DNA of 64,000 nt from Harriotta raleighana (Eukaryota). Below are positions 37,853 through 49,245 of this stretch, piece by piece. The DNA lies in the NCBI GenBank assembly GCA_050575255.1, contig JBNZDD010013666.1:4066293-4130292 (forward strand), written 5' to 3'. Both the position numbers and the translations under genes were made by a program. Every line of letters begins with the position of its first letter. Within the stretch, counting starts at the first letter, position 1. The notes under the pieces were generated by a model. That model saw only the letters and a program-made list of their open reading frames with translations. It was not told where the DNA came from and did no database searches.

Positions 37853-40800
37853 ATAAAGTCCGATAAAGAAAAAAAAACTGTGGTCGTTTCCCTTCTCTAA
37901 ATTTTTCCGTAACAGCTGCATATATAATAGACATTTTGTTACCACTCCACGCAGCTGTTTCACAGGGAAGTCCTGTCAGGAACACATCCCTGAGAAATGA
38001 TTAAAGTTCTGTGACGACCAGGTTATTCACCAACAGGAAATGATTGCGGATGTTTTTGGTCGGGAAAGATCTGGACCCATGAGGGACTATCTCCATGCTG
38101 AATTTTTAAATATAATTTAAAGGGCTGTCGTCACTCAGTTTTTATAAACTGGAAAGATTTGTAGCGACTATTAAACCATGGTTGATAATGAAGACAGCAA
38201 TTAAAGTACTGTTAGATCACTCCGTAAGGGTGGCAGTGTTAAAACTTGTCAGAAGTAATTTGCTAAAGCGTGCTATACTTTTACCAACAGTGCTCTACAC
38301 TGTTATGCTGCTTTGGTGTAAATACCATTTGTGTTGCTAATTTTTAAAAAACATTTTATTTGTATTTAGGGGAGTGAAGGAAGTCGCAAAAATATATTTT
38401 AATGATGGATCTGTTTTAAGTACCCAGCTGAAATGAGATCATGACATTTCTCTAATCACATTGAACTGTGTGTGTTTTGATGCCTATGTGAAGCAGGGCC
38501 TAAGGTTGGGATGACTTTACCACGCATTTCAAAAATAGTCTCCAAATTCACAGTGGATTTTCAATACAAATCAGAAAATATTTTCAGAAATAAAGTGACA
38601 CAGTGGCAACATTCCCTGGAGGTAGGGATGGTACAACATCAATCATTTCCCTCCTTTGCTCAATTTGAAATGGCAGCCACATAAAATGACACATTGGCAC
38701 CAGGGAACAAGTCAAGCACTGACACGTTAACTTATACCATTCGCATTCACTTCCTTGAAACCGGTTACAGAACTGTATTACCAGCAAGCCTGGAACAAGT
38801 CACCCACCCGACTGTTTTCTCAATTGGGGGAATGTTTCACTACACCGAGAAGGAACATAAGGCAAGGTTTATAGTAAGGTATAAAACGAATGCAGTTTAA
38901 TGGGCACGAATAAGATCCAAATAAGATAACAATTAGAACAAAACTTAGAAACCAAACTGCATCAAGGGATTGTTTTGTTAATCAATTGGGGAAAAAAAAT
39001 CTGAAATTGTTCCATCCCCAAGTTTGAGTCTACACATACACTTTTATCCATTTTAATCCCTCTGTTTGAAACCAGTATATTAGAATGGTTTTAAGATCAA
39101 TTGAATCCAGAAGGATTTAAAATCTTTTCTCTAAGTAGTGGCAAGTCGCGCTTGCTCCTTTTCATTTTCATGGAAATGTGCTTTCAGTTTGTAAACGATG
39201 AACTACTCAGGGACTGAGCAAGAGAAAGCGGATTGTGTAACTTGAATTCGCTCCCTGCTGATCGGAGAATTGATATCATACCCTTCATTATATTGTTAGG
39301 CAGAGGAGTGTTCCCGCTGTGCATCGTCAATTGCGACAGCTGAGATCAGTGGAATCCATAAAATCTGACTCCAAATTTTCTTTTTGACGAGTGCTACTTG
39401 ACAGGCGACAAGCTGCAAGCCCCTTCCTCCCCCCACACTACACTCCCCACACTTCCTTCTCTCCCTTCTCCACTCCACCCCCCTAAGCTACACAGGGGAG
39501 CATGTAGTCACTTCAGTAATAAATATGCCTGGAGATAATTGGTATGAAAACAACACTTGTGCAGTATATAACGTTTTATGGCTGTTTCATGTACTTTATT
39601 ATAATACTAATGAGAGGTTGTATATCAAAGTTAACTACATGCAAGATTAGCTTGTTAGAGGGATCAAGCTCTGTATGTCGATAGACAGCTTTCCCTTCAT
39701 TTGCACTTGGTAATTAGTATGCAAATTACATAGAGGACCACACAAGTTCCAGTATATTATAACAGCTTTATTATGCTTCCTTGAAGATGAGACACAAACA
39801 AACTGTGACAGTATTTACACACACACCTCTCCCCACACTTAATGTCAGTGAGGTGAGCTGAGTGGAAGCTTTTTTCTTTAAAATCATATTGTTGAATCTT
39901 TAAAATGTAACCCAACAGCAGCGTTCATCTTTAAAGCCATATATAATACACTGTTTTTATTGCTTCGGCTTTAGGAAATGCACTTATTTATGACTCAAAT
40001 AAATTCCTTTAATTTTAAATAATTATAAACAAATATTTATGTAGATATTTTAAGAGAGGACAACTATATATTAAATATATATAAAACTTCATGTCAGTTA
40101 TGTAAATATTTCCAATTATTTTAGAGCAAAACATTAAAAGAATAATCTTTGAGATTTCTGGTACAGTATTTGGTATAAGTTATATTGAACATCACAGAAT
40201 GTCTTTTGTTGTCTCATTTTCTTCTTATTTATTGTCCCTATTGTGTAATTGCTGTCAAACTGCATAAGGGTAAAAAGAATAAGGTTAAAAAAAGGATCAT
40301 AAACTATATGTCCAAACTGGAATAAGTTAGCACTGAAATAGCTGAGTGCTAGGCAGTTTTAGTAAAGTGTTCCTCGCTGCTACAGATCACTGCATCACAA
40401 GCCTGATGTCAGCTCCAAAATGTACCACAAGAGACTCATTATAAAAAGCAAATATTATTTCACAGAGAAATGATTTATAGTAAAGAAATATTTTTTTCTG
40501 CTTCTTGTATGAATGTTATTTACAGTCTCGGCTTAAGGCAAGTTGTGGTGATGAGGCATAGCAAAAAGTCTCTTGATTCTGTCTGCCTTTCTCTCATGTT
40601 GTCGAAAGCCTTGTCTATAAGTTTTTATGGCAGTGTAGCTTCAGCCTTAGAATATAATGGGGGTGTGAATAGTCTGCTGGAAAATAGCAGTATAAAAACT
40701 ATTGTAAGCAATCAAACCCAGCATTAAACAAATGTGTTTTATGGCATGTTATACTGTCAAACTTTGTACAAGTCTTTACTGTCATTTGCTTTTTGTCGGC

Positions 40801-41177
40801 AAATGTAGCAGTCCCACAAACAACCATGACATTTACATTTGTATAGCACCTTTCACATCAGGAGGACATCCCAAGACTCTGGGTGAATAGTCAAGTAAAC
40901 CGGAGAATAGAGACTGGATAAATGGTCATTCACCGGAGTCCAAAATGTGATATTTGTGAATGGCCAATGTGATATTGGCCATTACACCAATTGTGACTGA
41001 AATTGTAGTATTTGCTAGCAAATTTGTTAAAAATGTAACTTTCTCACGGTGTTAGCCTTAAGAACATATCTTAAAATTTAAGACTGCCGAATTGTTAGAA
41101 AATTCTTAGTTCAATGGTGGTTTCACACTTTTCCAAATAAGGATTCACAGAAGCTGTGATATTTTTACAATTACGTT

Positions 41178-41265
41178 GTAATAATAAAAATCTTTGCAAT
41201 TGATAATAAGGCCTTATCATATCTTCTAGAAGTCTCAAAGTGCTTTACAGAATATAAAGTGAATT
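41178..41265 (-). mobile_element. SINE 3' fragment
   Basis: Family tail: tttgcaattgataataaggccttatcatatcttctagaagtctcaaagtgc. Confidence 0.7.
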
Positions 41266-44200
41266 TACTTTTTGGGGGATGAAAGGCAGAACAGTTTTTA
41301 CAGTCATTATTTTGTGCACCAAATGAGGAGAATGATTTAGTTCTGACAGTTTTTTTGAGGGAGTCTGTTCCATCAATTCTTCCAACCTGTCCAAAAGCTA
41401 ACACTGTGCGCAAGGAATGAAGTTGACACATAACAAGGCTGATAATAATTATATTATTAATAATATAACCTTTTTTTAAAAAATAGGAATGAACCAAGGC
41501 AGAGCCCAGTTGAAGTCTTTGTGCTTTCTATGAAATTTGAAGCAAAATGTTTTGTCAATTTTATGCTTAAAAAAATCCTGGGAACCGTTATTTCTTCCTA
41601 TTGCTTTAAGTGTTGTTTTTACACACCCACACAAGTAGCTTTGGTGTGTCTGTTAGTGACTGAAAAATGTGGATTTGGAGACTGGTTTTGTATCACTCAC
41701 TTCAGCTCAAACTCTATGGGGGACACGCAAGAGATGAGATGAAATGGATGGCCACCTCCTCTTTTGTACTTGCTTTCAGAGTTTCTGCCCTGCTCCCATT
41801 ACAATCCTATGTCTGTTTCTATGGAGCTTGTAGCTAAGCATGGGTTAATTTCCTATGACACCTGTGGAGGGGATCGTTGGTGGTACTATTGTCAATGTTC
41901 CCCAGGACCAGGGTGTTCTTTGTATCGCTGGCAAATAAATGAAGAAGGGAAAGTGGTTATTCCCTATCAGTTACAGCAGGAGGGTCAACCTCTGTACATG
42001 ACATGACAAATTGGGCCTCTTTGGAAATGATGGCAAAGGAGGGCAGCTGGGGAGAGGCTGGCGGAGGGCTGAAAAAATGGTGGATTGTTTGCATTGTACC
42101 TCACACTAGAAAGAACATAACTATGCTAATTACTGCACACTTTCTAAAGGGACAATAAACTGCCATTGGCTTTTTTTTCTAGTTTGTGTGCGTGGAGGAG
42201 AGGGGGTAGTGATGGGGGAGGGAGGATGAGGGGGAAGCTCTGTCTGTTTCTTTGGTAACAATGGGGGAAATATGAACTGCGGAGCAGAAGGCACCACTTT
42301 GTTCCACCTCGTGTAGTCCTCTTTGTAGCTATTTAGTATACTTGTTTGCCCAGCAGTGATTGTAATGTTTAGACAAACTCCATGCCAAGCAATTAATGAA
42401 GGCTTATATAGGAGCGTTTTCACAGCAGCTAGTAAAAAGAACAAATAACTGCTCGGAAGAGAAGAGAGGCAGAGGGACAGAGAGAGGAAGTGAGAGAAAA
42501 AGAGACAGTAGCCTAAAGAGTGTTCTCTGTATCTGTGACAGCACACTTGCTGTTGCTCTCTAATTTTGGCCTTTATTTACCCAGCGATAATTGGTGATCT
42601 AGTGCTTTTTACCCCATTGGCCTGTCAAAACAAAGATTTTATACACTCCTCATCCCATGAAAAATTGGTGGAAACGTATTGATTTTTGTCAGCCCACCTC
42701 CGGTCTCCAAGCTGATGACCTGACAGCTGACTTAATGCTTAAACATACTACCTCAGGAGTGGCAGCCACTGACTGGCAGAGCATGACGCCTTGCTGGGAA
42801 TCAGATCCCAGCTCCTTACGCTTTGCCATCACTGAGTGCAGTTTATAGCTACTTTCTGACACTGTAAATTAGCTGCGAGTTCCAATTTGCCATCTGATCT
42901 ATAACGTGCTGTCGAGAAAAATCCAAAAGGCAGCTACTCAGGCTCTGTGTGCTTTTTTTTATTGGCAGACTTGGCTTTTTTTTGTTGCTTCTACTGCTGG
43001 GAAGGACTAGCGATTCCTGCTCAAGCTCGCTCAGTTATCTATTTACTCAGCTTGAGCAGCCTGCACCCTGTCATTTTTGTTTTACTCTGGGAGCTATGAA
43101 CATAGCAGAAAATATTTTTTCATACTGAAAGCTTTCATCTGCTTGGCCTTGTTTAGCTTGCCAATAATAAGCAAAGTGGAAAAAGAAGTTTATTTGCAAT
43201 TTAATACTTTAAAACATTTTTGTTCCCCACCCCATTTCCTCCTAAATCTGGGTCCTCGTTGGAACTCTCTTATCTTGTTGCCATCTCATTTGGCTGAAGG
43301 AACAGGTGAATGAGCCATAGGTTCCAGCAGTTTTTGATGAAGGTAACGTTATCTATACAGATAACAAAAGATTAATTTATTGTGCTACAATGAGCTATCC
43401 CGAGCTATAACTAAAATAACAGTGGGTGATATATGTGGGTTTGAGGAACACAAAACCTCAGCACCAAACACATGGGTGATTTTCAGAGATAGTTGGAAAA
43501 TAAGAGTATTAAGGGTAAAAGAAAAGGTTGGGAAAATCTGCCATTATCAAATAAACTATTTGAAATGAGCAAAATGGGCTGAATGACTTCCTCTTGTTCC
43601 CATCTTGCTTTTAATTAAAGATATTTTGAAGAATTGTCTGTTTTTACAATGAAATTCTAAAGGAGAGGAGAGAAAGTACATCATATGAGGAAATAAACTG
43701 GGGAAGTAATAGAAACACAATATTGAGCCATAAATGTTTTTACTTGAGGAAACTGTTTGAACCCCTATTAAAGTATGGGATTTTTTTTGGCAAGACCATT
43801 GAGATCAAAGGGTCTTTTGCTGGTAGCTGAGGCAACATACACTATTTGGGGTGGTCTGGTGAAGTAATGGGCTGTTGGCCATATGGGAAAAGAACCCACA
43901 GAAATACATACAGTACATACAGTATTGGGGATATTAGTGTTGGGGACCTGTGGAAATGCTGGATATAGCTCCATTTTGAACTGTGGAAATGATGGAGCTG
44001 TCAGTCTGCGGAGTTGGCTAAATATTGGTTTATCAGTGAAATGGGGAGAGTGGGTGTGGTGGGAGATATGCTGGGATTTAATCAGACATGCTTATAAAGT
44101 ATCTGACAACTTGATTTGAATTGATTTGCTGTGGAACTAGTTGTAAACTGGCCTTTTCAGTTCCAATCTTTATAATTCAGCAGAGAAAAAAGAATGTACA

Positions 44201-45179
44201 GTTTGTACAAAGAATTGTAATCTGGCTCAGCTGCAAATAAATGTGTAGTGCAAGCTGATTTGTAACTAAAGTGTTTAAAGGGGGCTTTATCTGCTGTGTG
44301 TCACATGGTCATTTTCAATATGTTTAATCATTCAGGTAAATGCTTTCTCTCTCCCTCCTCACCCGCCCTCCCACCCCGTTAACTGTCCTGCTCTGAACCT
44401 CCCCCACACCCCCCCCCCCCACCACCACCCCCGTCTCTGAGACTGTGTTAAAGTATCACATTGCTCTGAGCTATATTACTGCCTTCCAGCTCGATCATCT
44501 GGTTTCAACAGGGTGGTCTCAGAGTTCACTCTGTGGTTACAGACATCGACCAGGGAGAAGCAAACCATACTGCAGCTATGATCTAGTCATTTTTTAAATG
44601 GCTGTATTGTAAAACAAAGTATTGATTGAGTAACACGACACATATGCTGTATTGGGCGCGCGGGCACCCACTCGGTTAGCATCACCTTCACACGTGTTTT
44701 TTGTCTTTAGAACTTGTTTTCTTTTCAAACCTTTTGAAGTTTTTTTTTACATATGGAGAAAAATGAGTAAATAAATTCAACCAGAAAAAAAATAAACATT
44801 CAACGCAGCTTGACATAGGAACTATTTGAAAACGGAGCTGAACTGTAGATGAATTTTTGGCTGATGGGTCTGTTTTAGCGATGAGCATTATCACCTATTC
44901 CTGGACTATGTTTTTCTAACCTGGCAAACACATGGGATGTGGGTTGCAAGATTTATTTTATATGGGAAATCGTGCTGTTCACCTTGTTTGAATCCTTTTT
45001 TTGGGGGGTTTCCCATTAAAAAAAAATCTTGAAACTTTCAGCTCCTTGATCTTGCACTTCATATCAATTTGTTTCTTTTCATAACACATTATCTTATGTT
45101 ACACAATGTTTAATACATGTGGGAGTGAGGAAAGTGGGAGTTTAACTAATCTACATGTTAACATAATAATTTCTGCGTA

Positions 45180-45530
45180 AATAGGGAAAAGATAGGGAAA
45201 AGCTGTTTCCGCTGGTAGGTGTGTCGGTGACCCGAGGTCACGGTCTTAAGATATCTACCAAAAGAAGCAGAGGGGAGGTTAGAATAAATTTTTTCACTCA
45301 GAGTTGTTCGAATTTGGAATGATCTGCCTGAAAGGGTAGTGAGGTCCGATTCGATAGCAGCTTTTAAGAGAGAACTGGATAGGTATTTGGGGAAGACAGG
45401 TTTGCAGGGTTATGGGGAGAAAGCTGGTGATTGGGGTTAAAAAAAGTGACATTGCTCTGTCAAAGAGCCGGCACAGACTCGATGGGCCAAATGGCCTCCT
45501 TCTGTGCCGTAACTTTCTATGATTCTATGA
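45180..45530 (+). mobile_element. CR1 LINE 3' end
   Basis: LFPLVG..TRGHGLKI...NFFTQ / WNDLPERVV...FKRELDRYL, then 3'UTR gatgggccaaatggcctccttctgtgc and the (TTCTATGA)2 terminal repeat. Confidence 0.92.
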
Positions 45531-46189
45531 AATGCTTGGCTGAACCGGCTGTTGTGTTGTGTTGTGTTGGTTTTAAAAAGTTCAAATCGGCCTGTGTCAC
45601 TGGATCTCCCGGCATATAGAGAGGCACCAAATACATGGCATGGAATGGGTGGGGGGGAAAGAGCAGAGAACCAAAAAGAAAGAAAAATAAATTGAATATG
45701 AAGGCAGGGACAGATAAAATTTCATCTGTTATCTATTACATGTAGATATATCCAAACCCAACACTGTCTCCACAGGCTCAGGCCCTTGAATCCTGCAAAC
45801 AGATTCTGTGTGTATCCAAGGTGGTTGGATTAGGAGGAACTGTATTTCTGGTGTTGGGAAGACAGGTGAGATTGGCATTAGACAGGAGTATAACAACAGT
45901 GGCCCAAGGAAAGTGTTCCCTGTACCTTGGGAAGAAGACATGAAGGCAAAATTCAATCTGGATGTAAGAGGAATGGGACCATACTGCAGATCGGCCTGAT
46001 TAAATCAGCGTTTCAGTTTCTCATTCACTTAAATCCATTCTTGAAATATTTGATCTGCTCCCAACTAGAAGTAAAATACTGGTTCAGATTTATTCTGAAT
46101 TCATCAAAAATATTACTTTTTCATTTCAATCTTTTCATGCATATATTCAATTTTTTTAAATTCCCTTCTAAAAACATATTTAAACTCCT

Positions 46190-46486
46190 TCATAACAAAT
46201 TCTGTTATTACAAACCTAACATAATCAGTTGATGTTGTTAGAGTTTTTTATGATATGCCTTTGGTTTCTAGAAAAGTCATTTATAAGAAATTGAATTCAC
46301 TGCAAGTTTTATATTATTACAAACTTTGTTCTTACAAACCTCACTGAAGAGAAGCCCCATTATTACAAACACTGGCTTGTAACAAATCTAACTATTGCAA
46401 GCACTACTTTGTAATGGCTGTACATTGTAACAACATACTGTACTATTGCAATTCGCATTATATACAAACCCCATTATTAGAAACCT
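46190..46486. repeat. Degenerate tandem repeat of a CCATTATTACAAAC-like unit
   Basis: Recurring ttattacaaac / cttacaaacc / ccccattatta. Confidence 0.55.
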
Positions 46487-48632
46487 AAGGGGCGATTATT
46501 TACTGGTCTGTAAATTTCACAATTTTGTTGATGCTGGTGTCCAATTGAATTTCACATGATAAACTCACCGGTGATGCTGAGAAATGTATTGAAAATCAAT
46601 AAAGAATAAGATATACTTGGCTATCAAGGTTAGTAAATGATTGCAGAATCAACAGTATAGTGGTGGTTGTAATTATAAAGCTCTCTTTGTAACACACTCC
46701 ACAATTGCTAATGCCACATTTTAACAAATGCCAAAGTTGCACAACAGGACATCAGAAGTCACACTAACTGGTGCATATTGTGTCCAATGCATAATTAACC
46801 CCACCCAAACACACATTGAACCTATGCTAAGAGCAAGTTTGTTCGCTACAGTCAATTTTCTGTTCTTCCCCACCCTGTACACATTTATTCTGTTGTTCTT
46901 CTTCAAATACTTTTCATATTCTCTTTTTAAATATGTTTGGGAAAGATATAACAATAAGGGTTTGACTTTGCCTACATTCATTGTTTTATTTCAGTTGTGT
47001 TAAGCTGAACGCATTCATTTTATTTCTCCAATGCAAGAATCAGGCACAACTGAGATCATGGAATATTTGGGGAACCGAAGAAGTTGCATTAGAAAAAATA
47101 TTAGGTTGGAGACATCTGAGGAGGTGGGGTGGGGATCAAACCAGTGCAAACGAAGAATGAGAAATGTAAGTCATATTCTGCATTATCTGCAAGTTGCTTT
47201 GAGGGGGTGCATAGTAGAAATGCTTCTAGAGCATGAGAAACCTTTATGTAATTCTAATATAAACACAGCTGAATATTCAAAATTGATTCATCCCTTTCCC
47301 CCTCTTTTCTTTTGCTAAAGTTATGTCTGAAGTAAAGGAAATAATGTCGGCTGGCTAGGATTAGTTGTCTGCCCTACCCAGGAGATTCCAAAACAGGAGA
47401 TCTTATTATAGCAACAGCATTTCATTATAGTCCGCACTGAGATGTCCTCCCGAGGTGAAAGTTGCTATACAAATGCCATTTGTTGTTGTTGCACTGGGTT
47501 TCGAGAGAACTGACCAAGGAAGGGCTGATTTACGGATGAAAAATGATGGAGAGGTTCACTTCATTGGCCATTGAGGCCACCTGGTTCTCCAGTGCATGAA
47601 TGTGTTTGTGTTACTCCGCATTGTAGGGGCTTCAGTTGAGCCTCTTTTTTTCTCTCATTCTCCCCAAGCCAGCAAGACACTGCTGATGGCAAACAGCCTT
47701 TAATCTCCATTAAACTGCCTAGGATCTTGATGAAGTTCAATCCCTGTTAAGATCATCCATTGGGGTGCAATTACCACTCCGCAGCAATTTCTCTGAAGTC
47801 ATTCATTTCAGAAAGATTATTTTCCCTGTGTATGCATGTGAGCCAATGGGCGTACACTGCATTGCATCTGTCAGACGCACTGCTGGGCACACAGCATCAC
47901 TGGAAATATGCAAGACTGTTTGAAATAATTTATTTTTACTTGAAGTCCTTCCTTGTTAGGGTCAACACGGAGGCCGTGTTTTGATTACTGGCCCTATCAG
48001 TAGTGCAAGGCTTATCCAGCCGACTGCTCTCACAGTATCCAGCAGCAAGCTCCCACATCTGCTGTTCAGGGGGAAACATATATTGTTTTTCCCTCCACGG
48101 TGGTTACTCTGAGGTAATGACTATTGACCCCTTAACCTCTGAAGTCGAGCTGTAATCTTGTTGTGACTGTATAGCAGGTGCCCAAAGGGGAGGGGGAAGT
48201 GCGCGGTACAGATTACTGGGGAGGAAGGCTTTCGTTTGAAGGGGTTGTGGATATATGGAGGGAGGGGAGGGGGGTGGAGGGAAGGTGGTCAGTGTGTGAG
48301 CACAGTAGCTGCTACTTTACTGAAGCTGTCATTTCATGAAGGATCTTTCCAGTCAGCCAGAAAGAAACTAAATAACATCAATGCTTGATATGTCAAATAA
48401 TAAAAAATACCATCTCTCTTTTTTCTCTGTACTCAAAACAAGCTGTGTGCAGCCAGGAGTAAGGAAAGAGGTTTTATTTAAGCCAGTGACACGGAATAAT
48501 AAATAATCCGAATAGCTCTCAGTGACTGTTCTTGCCTTTCAGCTCCCCACCACAGACTCTCAAGTTCAGGGTATTGCATATAACCCTGGTGGCATTAGTC
48601 TGATGTTAAGGAGCTTGTCATTTCTCTTTGAG

Positions 48633-48672
48633 CTCCCCCCCCNNTTGTCCCCCCCCCCCCCCCCCCCCCCCC
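48633..48672. repeat. Poly-C tracts around a 2-nt assembly ambiguity (nn)
   Basis: Seen directly at 48643-48644. Confidence 0.9.
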
Positions 48673-48719
48673 AAGTAAGACTGATTCAAACATGTTCACA
48701 TTCTACTATTGTAACTCAA

Positions 48720-49245
48720 TGAGCTATGAAGAGAGGCTAAAGGGGGCTCAATCTGTTCTCTTTGGAGAAAGAAGACAGGAGAGGGAATAACATGACCCAA
48801 GGTTTTAAGATCGTAAAGGGAGTTGCCCACAACAATTTGGCCACAAAAATACAGTCACTCCACTTTATAGTGTGTCCTTTACAGTGTTGCCACATTTGAG
48901 ATCTTGGTCACCTAATAAGGTGCTATACCAAATGTAAGGATTATGACTATTATTATAAATGTGAATGAAGGAAGTCGAATCATAATCACTAATGAAATCA
49001 AAAGCAGGTTATGATTCATGGAATTGTTTTACAGGGGAGAATTTTTAGCTTTTACAGTAAGCTACCAATAAATTAACACAATGAAGATGGGCTTTATTTA
49101 AGCACTCAAAAAAGAAATGAACAGAATGCTAAACAACAGAGAGCAGAGGGAATATGTTCTTAATGCAGGGACAGGAAGGGAATAGTGGTGGGTGAAATGC
49201 ATGACAACAATTTGAGCTAAATACCCCCATCTTCTCTTGTTCTCC
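48720..49245 (+). mobile_element. Old CR1 3' fragment interrupted by a SINE fragment (about 48822-48955)
   Basis: SYEERLK / LNLFSLEK / QGFKIVKG motifs, then a SINE tail, then a degenerate CR1 3' region. Confidence 0.65.

Noticed and set aside
40959-40983. Perfect 10-bp inverted repeat aatggccaat/attggccatt
   Set aside because: Short and isolated, lying in what looks like decayed repeat sequence.
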